From Mobula hypostoma (lineage: Eukaryota), in assembly GCF_963921235.1 (NCBI RefSeq), contig NC_086109.1, forward strand, positions 18,540,001 to 18,604,000: a stretch of 64,000 nucleotides of DNA, read 5' to 3'. Below, piece by piece: positions 25,613 through 38,133 of this stretch; the first letter of the stretch is position 1; the number at the start of each line of letters is the position of its first letter. The notes beneath the pieces are model-generated. The model ran no database searches and had not been told where the DNA came from. It was given only the letters and a program-made list of their open reading frames with translations. The position numbers were made by a program, and so were the translations under genes.

Positions 25613-25993
25613 CTAGTTTAAAGTCACCTCAGTAGCCCCCGCTAATCTCCCTGCCAGGATATTGGTCCCCCTAGGTTTTAAGTGTAACCCGTCCTTTTTG
25701 TACAGGTCACACCTGCGCCAAAAGAGGTCCCAATGATCCAAAAACTTGAATCCCTGCCCCCTGCTCCAATCCCTCAGCCACACATTTATCCTCCACCTCA
25801 TAGCATTCCTACTCTCACTGTCGCGTGGCACAGGCAGTAATCCCGAGATTACTACCTTTGCGGTCCTTTTTCTCAACTCCCTTCCTAGCTCCCTATATTC
25901 TTCTTTCAGGACCTCATCCCTTTTCCTACCTATGTCATTGGTACCTATATGTACCAGGACCTCTGGCTCTTCACCCTCCCACTTCAGGATATC
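25613..25993 (-). CDS. CR1 ORF1 C-terminal part, SGNH/GDSL esterase-like domain (5'-truncated)
   Basis: Reads DILKWEGEEPEVLVHIGTNDIG...VVISGLLP...KKDGLHL...ATEVTLN*, with the GxND and DxxH esterase blocks typical of CR1 ORF1p. Confidence 0.9.
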   Translation of the reverse strand, partial: DILKWEGEEPEVLVHIGTNDIGRKRDEVLKEEYRELGRELRKRTAKVVISGLLPVPRDSESRNAMRWRINVWLRDWSRGQGFKFLDHWDLFWRRCDLYKKDGLHLKPRGTNILAGRLAGATEVTLN

Positions 25994-26690
25994 TTAAATT
26001 CCTTAATGGCAATGTAACATCACAAGAAGCAACACTGTAAAAATGCACTCCCCATTTTGTTTGCATTCTCCTCCCCTCTCCCCTCATGCTACTCCTGTCT
26101 GCCTATTGTGGTGTGGTTAATACCAAGTCCATCACCACTTGTTGGGGAAATTACCTTTTTTGGTTATCTGGCTGAGGAATCCACATTGCCATGTCTAAAG
26201 TGTGCAGTAGAACTATTGAAGGTAACAATAAACATTTAAAATGTTTTATTGCAAATAGTCTTGCATAATCTAAAAGTGCCTTCATTTTCTTTTGTTTCAG
26301 TTAATAGGATACTAATTTGTTTTTCTAATTTGAGTGAAAGCTTTGACAAAAATAAGCCTAGAATACATAATTTTGATTAATACTTCTTTATGATTCTGAA
26401 GGGTATTGCATTGTATTAGACTTTGAATAGATAATTGGACCAAGGGAGACTTTATCTGCTCACATAAACAAAAATGCTTTCATTGTATTAGTCAAAGAGC
26501 AAGGAATTCTTCTGGTGTTCTACACAACACATCTTGTTCAAGCAACAGCACTTAAGAAAACGAACTAGTCAGTGTACCATCAACAATTAATTGACTCTGT
26601 CCTTATGATCGACATCATACTTTCGATACAAAGTTCTTAAAGAGACTTTTTAAAGATTTGTTTTCCTTTGGAATATTGATAGGGCACTTA

Positions 26691-27184
26691 CACTCAGTGG
26701 CCAATTTATTATGTACACCTGCTCGTTAATGCAAATATCTAATCAGCCAATCAAATGGCAGCAACTCAATACATCAAATGGGGAAGAAATGTGATCAAAG
26801 TGACTTTGACCGTGGAATGATTGTTGGTGTCAGATGGGGTGGTTTGAATATCTCAGAATCTGCTACTTTCCTGGGATTTCATACAGTCTCTAGAATTTAC
26901 AGAGAATGGTGTGAGAAACAAAAACCCTCCAGGGAACAGCAGTTCGATAGGAAAAAACACTTTATTAATGAAAGAAGTCAGAGGAGAACGGCCAGACTGG
27001 TTCAATCTGACAGGAAGGTGACAGTAACTCAAATAAACATGTGTTACAATAGTAGTGTGCAGAAGAGCATCTCTGAATGTGCAACACGTCAAACATTGAA
27101 GTGGATCTCCTACAGCAATAGGAGACCACTAGCATAAACTCAGTGGCCACTTTGTTAGGTGCAGGAGTTACCTAATAGTGAGTG
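26691..27184 (+). mobile_element. Non-autonomous Tc1-like derivative (same family as 2397-2961)
   Basis: TA|CACTCAGTGGCC start; MGKKCDQSDFDRGMIVG...TVSRIYREW peptide. Confidence 0.8.
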
Positions 27185-27234
27185 TATATTATTTGTTCAC
27201 TACTCTACTATTGCTCATGTAATCCTTTTGCTCA

Positions 27235-28490
27235 AGCAGATGCCATCTCTCTGACCCTACATTCCTCCTTAGAACACCTGGAGAATAAAGATGCATACGT
27301 AAGGCTCCTTTTCATTGACTACGGCTCTGCCTTTAATACCATCATTCCAAATAAACTGATTCCTAAGCTCCGGAACCTGGGCCTTAGCACTCAGATCTGC
27401 AGCTGGATCTTCAACTTCCTCACAGACAGGACCCCAGGCTGTAAAAAAATAGGGGACAAGCTCTCCTCTACAATCACTCTGAGCACCGGTGCCCCACAAG
27501 ACTGTGTACTCAGCCCCCTGCTGTACTCACTGTACACCCATGATCGTGTAGCCAAGTTTCCATCAAACTCAATATACAAACGTATAAGTTTGCTGATGAC
27601 ACAACAATCGTAGGCTGTATCTCGGGTAATGATGAGTTTGAGTACAGAGAGGAAATTAAGAACCTGGGGGCACGGTGCGAAGACAATAATCTATCCCTCA
27701 ACGTCAGCAAGACAAAGGAATTGGTTGTTGACTTCAGAAGGAGTAGCGAATCGCACGACCCAATTTACATCGGTGGTGCGCAAGTGGAACAGGTCAAAAG
27801 CTTTAAGGTCCTCGGGGTCAATATCACAAATGACCTGACTTGGTGCAACCAAGCACAGTCCACTGCCAAGAAGGCCCACCAGCGCCTTTACTTCCTGAGA
27901 AAACGAAATAAATTTGACCTGTCCCCTAAAACCCTCACTAATTTTTATAGATGCACCGTAGGAAGCATTCTTCTAGGGTGCATCACAACCTAGTATAGAA
28001 GTTGTCCTGTCCAAGACCAGAAGAAGCTGCAGAAGATCGTGAACACGGCGCAGCACATCACACAAATCAATCTTCCGTCCTTGGACTCACTTTACACCGC
28101 ACGCTGACGGAGCAGTGTGCTGCCAGGATAATCAAGGACACGACCCACCCAGCCAACACACTTTTTGTCCCTCTTCCCTCCAGGAGAAGGCTCAGGAGCT
28201 TGAAGACTCGTACGGCCAGATTTGGGAACAGCTTCTTTCCAACTGTGATAAGACTGCTGAACAGATCCTGACCCGGATCTGGGCCATACCCTCCAAATAT
28301 CGGGACCTGCACCTCGGTTTTTTTGCACTACCTTACTTTTCATTTTTCTATTTTCTATTTATGATTTAAAATTTAAATTTTTAATATTTACTATAGATTT
28401 ATAATCCAGGGAGCAGAAAGCACAGAATCAAATATCGCTATGATGATTGTACGTTCTAGTATCAATTGTTTGGCGACAATATAGTATAAA
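27235..28490 (+). mobile_element. Rex-Babar RT and 3' fragment
   Basis: [65 protein letters not shown]. Confidence 0.9.
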
Positions 28491-28742
28491 GACTCATTCC
28501 ACCGAGATGCAACACAGAGCATCATAGGAAGTCATTCCGGACTGTGGCCATCAAACTTTACAACTCCTCCCTTGGAGGGTCAGACACCCTGAGCCAATAG
28601 GCTGGTCCTGGACTTATTTCCTGGCATAATTTACATATTACTATCTAAATTATTTATGGTTTTATTACTATTTAATTATTTATGGTGCAACTGTAACAAA
28701 AATCAATTTCCCCCAGGATCAATAAAGTATGACTACGACTAA
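28491..28742 (+). mobile_element. Rex1-like 3' end; a minus-strand tail remnant of the same family lies at ~6770-6830
   Basis: LIPPRCNTEHHRKSF.TVAIKLYNS, followed by GATCAATAAAGTATGACT. Confidence 0.65.
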
Positions 28743-29827
28743 ATCGTTGATTATTTTCAGTAGCATAACCTTTGGAAGGAAATGATGAAGTATTTACATT
28801 CCAGAGTTTGATTTCAACTAAACATGTTCCCCCCCCCCCCACCACTTTGTCCTTAAAACTTTTCCTTATAAAGTCAGTTGAAGCACTTCAAACATAACTC
28901 GTGCATTAGAAAATTATTTGGATAACTGATAACAGGTTAATTTTTTTTAGACCATATTCGTCATAAACTGATTAAATAAATTGTTTATGTCAAACATTCA
29001 GAGAGATTGGCTTCATGTAATAATCTTAATTTCTTCTTTGAGATAGAAGTCTTAATTTTCTTTGCTATAGTAGTAGCGTACTGCTCCTATTTGCATCATT
29101 TTATATTTGAATTTTGTGAGTGAAATATTCCTCCTCTCTCCTCCTGTCCTTACGGCTGTTGCTATGTCACGAGCCCCGTTTCCCATTAACCACATTTTGT
29201 AAGTGACCATTCCTCTCATTCAGCCTAAACTCTGTACCATGCGAAACAGTTCTGCCATTAAGCCCATCACATTATTGATTATGGCATCTCCAAATGCTTA
29301 ATTTTTGGCAGAACCTCCTGGAAAGCAAACATAGTGTGAACACATTAGGTTAGAATTTCCTGCTGAAAGTCAAATCTGTTGTTAAATGTTTGAATTTGTT
29401 CATGCTAAATATTTTCTTCCTCATTTTGGCATTTAGCCTCTTTAGCTTTGCTGGAGGTTACATCTTTGCTTATAAGATGATTTTTTTTTAAAACTGGCCT
29501 TCTGGTCCAACTTTTGTCCAGCTATACAGTCCAAATATTTGCAATTGCTCCACAGAAAAATCTGAAACAAATACTTATTTCACAATGTGCACTCATTTAT
29601 AAAATCCAACTTCCTTTCACAAGCCTGACTGCACAACCTACACTGAGTGTAGTTGATGCAGAGATCCATCATACTGCAAGCTGTGTCACACTCTTCCCAG
29701 TGTCAACGACAGACCAGATGTTGCTCTGTTTGATTGCAGATGTCCTCATCTCTATAACCTTTTGTTGGTGGATCCCATTCCAAGAAGGGTGTGAACTGGT
29801 AGCTGTTCCTGCTACTGGTCATTTTGC

Positions 29828-30010
29828 CCTAATAAAGTGGCCACTGAGTATATAGTCATAGTCTTCTGCTGTAGTAGCCTATTCACTTCAAGGTTTAATG
29901 TGTTGTCCACTCACAGATGCTTCTCTGCACATCATTGTTGTAACGTGTGGCTATTTGAGTTACTGTCACCTTCCTGTTGGCTTGAACCAGTCTGGCCATT
30001 CTCTTCTGCC
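29828..30010 (-). mobile_element. Fragment of the Tc1-derivative family; other fragments at ~32670-32930 and ~40417-40930
   Basis: AATAAAGTGGCCACTGAG and internal similarity to 2397-2961. Confidence 0.7.
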
Positions 30011-30029
30011 CTCAATGGCCAAAGTAAAA

Positions 30030-32630
30030 TGATGATATATGTCACCAGATACAACCCCTTAAGCTTTACTTTCTTGCAGGAATACACAGTAAATCTAAGA
30101 AACTCAACAGAATTAATGGAAGACTGCACCCAACAGGACGGACAAACAACCTGTGTGCAAAAGACAACAAACTGCGAACAAAAGAGGAAAAAATATAAAT
30201 AAATAAATAATATGAGAACATGAGATGAAGAGTCCATAGATTGTGGGAACAGTTCAGTAATGGGGCAAGTAGAGTGAATTTAAACCCCCTGGTTTGAGAG
30301 CCTGATGGATGAGGGGTAATAAGTGACCTTGAACCTGGTGGTGTGAGTCCTGAGACTCCGGTACCTTCTTTGTGATGGCAGTAGCGAGAGAAGAGCATGA
30401 TCCGAATTGTAGGAGTCCCTGATGATGCATGCTGCTTTCCTGCGACAACAGTCTATGTAAATTGCACAATGCAGCCAGATTTTTAACCTCCCTCCTAGAT
30501 GCTGATTTCTCACCACCTTTGATTTGGCCAATGACAGTGGTGTCATCAATAAACTTAGATATGGCATTGGAGCTGTGCTTAGCCTCACTGTCATAAGTAT
30601 AAAGTGAGTAGAGCAGGGGACTAAGCATGCAGCCTTGTGGTGCACCTGTGCTGATGAAAATCATGAAGGAGATGTCATTGCCAATCTGAACTGACTGGGG
30701 TCTGCCAGTGAGGTAATTGAGGATCCAGTTGGACAAGCAGGTATTGAGGCAAAGGTCTTGAAGCTTATTGATTAGGTTTAGATAGATTGCGAGGAGAGTC
30801 AGTCCTCATTTATTGTCATTTAGAAATGCATGCATTAAAAAATGATACAACGTTCCTCCAGAATGATATCACAAGAAAACACAGGACAAACCAAGACTAA
30901 AACTGACAAAACCACATAATAACATACAGTTGCAACAGTGCAAAGCAATACCATAATTTGATAAAGAGCAGACCATGGGCACGGTAAAAAAAAGTCTCAA
31001 AGTCCCAACAGACTCATCATCTCACGCAGGCCGCAGAAGGGAGAAACTCTCCCTGCCATGAACCTCCAAGCGCCGCCAACTTGCCGATGCAGCACCACCG
31101 GAAGCACCTGACCGCAGTGGACTCTGAGTCTGTCCAAAAACTGCGAGCCTCTGACCAGCCCCTCCGAAACTGCCTCTCCATGCACCATCCTCTGCCGAGT
31201 GCTTCGATCCCGCCCCGGTCACCGAGCAACAAGCAAAGCCGAGGACTCGGGGCCTTCTCCTCCAGAGATTCTGGACCACACAGTAGCAGCAGCAGCAGCG
31301 AAGTGGGCATTTCAGAAGTTTCACCAGATGTTCCTCCGTGCTCTCTAGTCCGTCTTCATCAAATCAGGATTGTGCACGGCACCTTACTTGACAAACAACA
31401 GCCATCACCACCGGAGTGGCCGCTGCGAGCTGCATCGTGCCGCCACCTTCTCCTCCCGCCAGTTTGAGGAGACGATTCTACTGAATGCCTAGCTGTAGCC
31501 GATGAAGAGCATTCTGATGTGTGCATTTTTGCTATCTAGATTTTCTAAAGTTGAGTGACAAGCCAACTTTCCATACAGCATCTGATGTGGATCTGTTGTG
31601 CCACTAGACTAATTTAAGCCGATCCAAATAGCTTTACAGGCAGGAGTTGGTAGTTTTCATCACAAATCTCTCAAAGTACTTTATCACAGTGGATGTGTAA
31701 GTGCTACTGGACGAGTCATTGAGGCAGTTAGTAAGTTCTTCTTAGATAGGTGTACAATGGAGCCTGCTTGAAGCAGGTGGGTACCTCGGACTGCCGAAGC
31801 AAAAAGTTAAAGACATCAGTAAACATTCCAGCCCGTTGATCAGTTACCCCATCTGGGCCAGATGCTTTCAGTGCGCTCACCCTTCTGAAGGATGCTCTCA
31901 TGTTGGCTTCAGAGACTGAATACCCAGTGTCACCATGTTTTGACAGCGTAGAAGGCATTGAGCTTGGCTTCACTTTTGAAAAAGTTAATAGCATTTAAGC
32001 CCTGCCATAGCTATTGCACAACCTTCAGTGATTCAAGTTTGGTATGGAATTGCCTTTTCACACGTGAGAGATCTTTCCTAAGATCATACCTGCGCCTCTT
32101 GTATTTTACTTGGTCGTCAGACCTGAATGCCACTGATCTGACACTCAGCTGATTGTGGATTGCGTGGTTCATCCAGAATTTCTGGTTGGGGAAGACTCAG
32201 TGATTTTGTAGGGAAACACTTGCTTATGACTGTTTTTTTTAAATGAAGTCTGTGACGACTGTGGTATATTCATTCAGATCCTTTGAGTCATTGAACACAT
32301 CCAAGTCCACCTGCTCAAAGGAATCCCATAGCTGCTCCTCTGTCTCCTGCGACCACCTCTTTGTTGTCTTTATCCCTGGAGCCTTACTCTTAGCCTCTGC
32401 CTGAATACAGGTACGAGGACAGCCAAGTGATCAGATTTCCTGAAATCTGGTCCAGGCATGGAACAGTAGGCATTCCTTATTACAATATAGCAGTGGTCAA
32501 CTGTACTGTGACCGTTAGTGCTGCAGGTTATATGCTGATGATAACTGGGCAGAGATTTCTTCAAACAAGTCTGCTTGTAGTCCCTGACTATGAATTGAAA
32601 TGCATTGAGGGGAGGGGTTGTTTCTTATTC
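30030..32630 (-). mobile_element. Degenerate Rex-Babar LINE (endonuclease to 3' end), interrupted at ~30779-31460
   Basis: [46 protein letters not shown]. Confidence 0.85.
30779..31460 (-). mobile_element. Unclassified non-coding GC-rich retroposon-like insertion
   Basis: CpG-rich head, AATGACAATAAA plus a short-repeat tail. The flanking LINE sequence resumes on both sides. Confidence 0.55.
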
Positions 32631-33549
32631 GCTGCTGGCAGCATTCAATATGTTGAGTGCCTGTTTAATCCCTCTCATTAACAAAGCATTTTCATTCACA
32701 AAACTGCCGCTCACTGGATACTTTTCGTACCATTCTCTGTAAACTCTAGAGACTGTTGTGCACTCAAACCACCCCATCTGGCACCAACAGTCATTTAGAT
32801 CACAGTTTTTCCCCATTCTAATGTTTGGTCTGGACAACAATTGAACCTCTTGACCATGCTATTATGCTTTGAGTTGCTGCCACATAATTGGCTGATTAGA
32901 TATCTGCATCAACAAACACAGGTATACCTAACTTACATTTTAAATCCATCAACCGACCCTTTATTAGATGCATTTCCATGCAACTATTCTCTGTCATCTT
33001 CCCTTCAAACCCTCTTCATTTGATTGTAAAAAAGTTTTTTTTCCAACATTCCTTGCAAGTGGATTTGAGTTTCAATATACTAGGCTGATGGTCAGTCCAT
33101 AAATGGTTCCTTCTCAATGGCAATAAACAGACCTTGGATTATTGTGGTACTTTCACAACCATAAGATACCCCAAAGCACTTGACAATCATTGTGTTCCTT
33201 AAAAAGTATATCCTTATTTTAGGAAGCGAGGCTCTAAATACTACAGATGTTGAAATCATGGAATAAAATCAAACTGCTGGAAATAGTCAGCATCTGTGGA
33301 AAGATATGTGTGGAAATGCATTTTTTCTTTCCACAATGGTGCTGATTATTTCCAGAACTTTGCTTTTATTTCAGAACTTCCAGTATCTGCAATCTTTTTG
33401 ACTTTCAATGACCAGTTTTACAGTTTGTCCAGGAATAAATATTGGCCTGAACACTGGAGATTCCAGCAAAACACTAGTAATCCAGCATTCAATTGTTCAG
33501 AAATCCTGATGGTCCAGCATTTAGCTCATGAATTAATTCAGATAATGCA

Positions 33550-34925
33550 TGACCAGAACCAGAAGTTGGAATATGCCATAGAACGCCATTGGAGGGAGAG
33601 TCCCCATTGCAAGAAATGCTTCGTTCAGATGAATAACTCCAAGGAAGAAGGGCCAATGCTCCTGAGAGAGAGCCAGTTTGTTTGAGATGGACTTTGAGGG
33701 AAGTTCAGAATGTGGCAGGTGCTTTCACGCAGATCGTGGGTCCAGCTTGTGAGTAAGAGATACACCCTCAAATACTCCAGCATGAGCTCCAACAGCCATG
33801 TGCACATTGGATTGGTTTAACTGTAATGGGCCCTTTTCTTTTTCCTATTAACTGTTTAATAAAGCTGAAATTGGTAAATATATTTTCTTTATAATTGTAT
33901 GCAGTGTACGATCTGTTATTTCTTGCTGACCAATAATTATGTATGGGCAATATTTACAAGGCATTCGCTCAAATTGAGATTCCTTTAAACAGAAAATCAC
34001 GACATTCCCATTTGGTTGAACCATAAATCATACTGAAGCTAGACGTATATTGTTTATGAAAGGTGGGCTTCTCACCACTGAGTCAGTCACATGGCTGTCG
34101 GAAGAGTTAGCTAATGAGCAGAGTATGTATACGAGCCCTTGTGAGAGGTTACAATTGTGGGGGGGCCATCCCCTGGGGATTTGGGATGCTGTACGACTGC
34201 TGTTTTAGGATTGATTATGTGGTTTGTGTGTTTAAGCCAGTGGTCAGGCTAGTGTCAGGGGAAATTGATTAAGGTACTTTAATATGGATGCCGCAGGGAT
34301 AAAGGGTTGGCGCAAATGAAGTGGTTATCCATAAGTAATGCTTGTGTTCTGAGTGGGGTGGATGGAACTGTGGAGTTTTGTAAAAGTGTTGGGGAAAAAT
34401 AGAGACTAGCAGTGATGTAACTGGAGTTGTGCGACCTGATCGGATGGGATACCCTGGAGAGGACGGGTCATGGGCAGTGCATACTTTTAGAGAAGGGGAG
34501 CACGTAGCTGAGGGTGAAGACTTTAAAGACAAGTTGTTTTGGTTGCTGCAAAGTGAGGGGAAAGAGTTGTGTAATGGGTTCTTCAGCAGTTGAAGGAAAT
34601 CCTGTGCTGGTTTCAGCTGTTACATCACAGTCAAAGTTATCGTAGGCTATGAGTGTTCTCTGGAGTCAAGCCCGCGCCCAATGGGGACGAAGAGTATGAG
34701 GCTCAGGCACAGCAGACGTGTCAGTTAATGGTTGAGTGGCAGTACTCAGATAATATGAAAAAACAGACTGGTCCAGAGTTTAAAGGGTCCGGCAGCTGGT
34801 ATAGTGAGGTTCCTGAAGGCAGAAAAGCCATTAACCACATCAACTAATTATCTGTAAGCTCTGAAAAGTGCTTTCAGCACTGCTGAAAAGTGTAGCCGAT
34901 CTTATGAAGAAGCTTAGGCACGCAC
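33550..34925 (+). mobile_element. Gypsy LTR retrotransposon relic: partial LTR, PBS-like site and PNMA-like gag pseudogene
   Basis: LTR-like end GGTTACA at 34153 followed by a TGGGGG PBS-like run. From 34284 a disrupted frame includes YRRL.VFSGVKPAPNGDEEYEA...EWQYSD..KKQ/LVQSLKGPAA. LTR start is uncertain. Confidence 0.75.
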
Positions 34926-34984
34926 CTGCATGCTTCAGACTCATCAACTACTAAGCATCTGAAAGCACTAGAGAGGTACCATTA

Positions 34985-35265
34985 AAATTCAAAGTAAATG
35001 TCACCAGAAACAACCCCAAGATCCATTTTCTTGCTGGCATTCACAGTAAATACAACGAAACATAACAGAATCAATGAAAAACACACACAAGACAGACAAC
35101 CAGCATGTAAAAGACAATTTATGCAAATATAAAAAGGAAAAAAAAAATAAACAGAGAACATGAGGAAGAGTCCTTGAAAATGAGTCCATCGGTCGTGAGA
35201 ACAGTTCAGTGCTGTCGTGAGCGAAGTTATTCCTTCTGGTTCAAGAACCTAATGGTTGAGGGAAT
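34985..35265 (-). mobile_element. Rex-Babar 3'UTR fragment
   Basis: Similar to the 3570-3900 and 62540-62870 3' ends. Confidence 0.6.
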
Positions 35266-36754
35266 CTGGTGGGGGGAGATAGCCAACTCAGGTGGGGTGC
35301 GAGTTTCAATGCAGAAAAAAACTACTAGGAAGGACTGAAAAGTGTATGGCTGGACAGGGCTACAAACAGAATTTACAGAAAGATATGCATTTAAAAGTTT
35401 GAAGCACTGGGGGATTGTTGACAACTTCATCAAACTGACCTATTTCTTGTATTTCTTTCATTTGGATGCACACCTTCCTCTTGATGACACTATGCCACTG
35501 ACCTCAAACTTGCACCTACAACAATTAAGTTTCAAATCCTCACCACTCATTGAGTTGGTAGATTTTTCCTATAATACATTCAATGATTTATAAACAATAT
35601 TGTAATAATTAACACTACTTATCATCTTACAGAAAAGTAGTATACAAAATAAATAGATAAAGGAATGAAGGGCAAGTAGAATGAGAGTCTGAGACCAGAT
35701 GATATAGGAGAAGAATTAGGCTATTCATCCCTTCGAGTCTGCTACACCATTCCATCATATTTAGAATGATAAGCAAAAAAAAAAGCAGGATAATGGTAGA
35801 ATTTCATATTCAAAATTCTGCAGTTAAGTTGAAAATTATGGTCTTAAATCTAAATAAAATTAAACTGCTAATGTATGAGAGATTAAGGTTGTTGTAATCA
35901 TGTGGAAAATTACTTTAAAGGGTCTGTTAGCGGACAGGTAATGGTCAGCATTTAAAGAAATAATATAGCACTTGTATTCTTCAAAATATCTCTCTTATTG
36001 TCATACAAGATTTCTTTTCACTAGCAATTAGGGTTTTATTGCAAACTACTGGTCTTGCAAAGCTCTGCAACCAGTTATTAGGGGCATGACAGATCCTTGG
36101 TGAAAAATATAGATACCCAGCAATGTAGTAAGGCCATTAGGTTTTCTTACAATATTTGTGAACAAATTTTGCAATTTTTGAAAGTTAATTAGCTCTGTAG
36201 ATGTCACTTACTTAATTTTGAAACACATCAATTGTGATAAGATCACTTTAAATATTGGCCACCAAAAACCAGGAGGATTCTGTCACATGACACCCAACTG
36301 CTTTAATTATAAAGAAACTCCTTTTTGCATTACTTAATTATAAATCAAATAGATCTACTATCTGAGTGAAAATGAAGCAATTAGTAATAACTTTGTATCA
36401 AGTCTCTTCACTGACATATGCATTTAGAAATGGAAAATTGCATGAATTATTGTGTAAATACTATGAATGGAAATTATACTTGTCTGTCCATCCACTTTCT
36501 CATTTCCTTAACACCACAGAAATAATTTTTAAAAAATGTTTCTTTGCTATATCATGCTGAAAGATGTCAGTGGAAAGGAATCAGCCACTTTGAAGCTCCA
36601 TGTTTAGTTCAAATTTTTGACAAGATGGCTTCAGCAGACATATTTCTCAAGCATTCCTGATGCTGTACATTCTTCTAACTCCACCAACATACATTGCACC
36701 ATCCACAAAAATGTAACACCTTCCCATTACTGAAGCCCAAAAATTATTTTCCAG

Positions 36755-37065
36755 CAATGCTGCAATTTACTTCTTTCAACTTAGTACGCAGCATTCAATG
36801 CTCATGATGTGGTCTCCTTTATACGAGAGAAACCAAATGCAGACCGGATGATGGCTTTGCAGAACATTATTGTTCAGTCGACGAGTTTCCCTGAACTTCC
36901 AATTATTTCTTTATTCATTCTCCATCACATTCTTACTCTGACAGATTTTGGCTGTTCTAACAAAACCAAACACAGGTTTGAGAAATAGCATTTTATCTTC
37001 TAAGCACCCAAACACTTCACAGCCTTCAGTATTTGATGGCAAATTCAGCAATTTTCAGTTTCCAG
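36755..37065 (+). mobile_element. Old Penelope-like GIY-YIG fragment
   Basis: Disrupted IQCS.CGLLY..ETK.R..D.FAEH..SV motif. Confidence 0.6.
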
Positions 37066-37241
37066 TTTGTGATGATTAGTTTAGATACAATGTGATCAAC
37101 CTGTAATATTACTTGTATTTTACCCTCTACAAATGCTACCTGACCAGCTGGTATTTCTAGCATTGTCTTTTAATGTACAGCAAATACAGTGTTCTGTATT
37201 TTTCTGGTCTTCTCCTTCATCATTCCAGATTAACTCTACTA

Positions 37242-37597
37242 TAAGACCACAAGACATAGGAGCATAATTAGGCCATTCTGCCCATCGAGTCTGCTCTGCC
37301 AATCCATCATGGCTGATCCTGGATCCCACTCAACCATATACACTTGCCTTCTCACCACATCCTTTGATGCCTTGACTGATCAGGAAACTATCAACTTCTG
37401 CCTTAAATATACCAACAGATTGGCCTCCACCTCAGTCTGTGATAGAGCATTCCACAGATTTACTACTCTCTGGCTAAAAAAACATATTCTCCTTACCACT
37501 GTTCTAAAGGGTCACCCCTCAATTTTGAAGCTGTGCCCTCTAGTTCTGGATATCCTCACGATAGGAAATATTCTCTTCACATCCACCCTATCTAGTA
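37242..37597 (-). mobile_element. CR1 3' fragment
   Basis: Colinear with 22530-22860, including the 3' stem-loop and 8-mer tail. Confidence 0.85.
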
Positions 37598-38133
37598 CAC
37601 AAATATCAACTGCAACTGTCTAAGTTCTACCACCCATATTCGTTATTTTCACTCAAACTCTCTTCTATGGTACCTAAAACACACTTGTTTTCTAGATTTT
37701 TCCCAATTCTGATGAAAGATCATTGGCCTGAAATGCTAACCCTGTTTCTCTTTCCACAGATGCTGCCCGATTTGCTGAATATTTCCATTTTTTGTGTGTT
37801 TCTATTGCATATTTACCTGATGACAGCACATCAACTAACTACCTAAGCAGATCAGCATTTCACCAAAGCTGACAGTTCTGGGATGTTGGAATAGAGAAAT
37901 AAGAATTGCCAATATATTAATAGTCCTTGCCAAAGGATAAATAATACCGCTAATAGAATCACTTCAAACATAGCATCACAAAAGGCTAGGAAAAGTGATG
38001 ACACTAATCATTTCTCAAAATTACTCTTCAATTGGAATTAAGATCAATACATTTGTTTTGGAACAAGCTAATGCACCGCTTAATATTACCGCTATATGAG
38101 AAATAGCAAAGTAGGAGATTCTGTGATACTTAC

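Larger units (their letters stand above)
22511..25994 (-). mobile_element. Young 5'-truncated CR1-clade LINE, sense to host gene
   Basis: Partial esterase ORF1, uninterrupted endonuclease-RT ORF2, 3'UTR stem-loop (GGTGCAGG...CCTGCACC) and (TTTCTATG)n tail at 22511-22533. Confidence 0.95.

Noticed and set aside
29190..29600. Possible ancient Chapaev-like transposase remnant on minus (AFQEV and QSLG-like snippets)
   Set aside because: Too degenerate to support without a frameshift-aware profile search.
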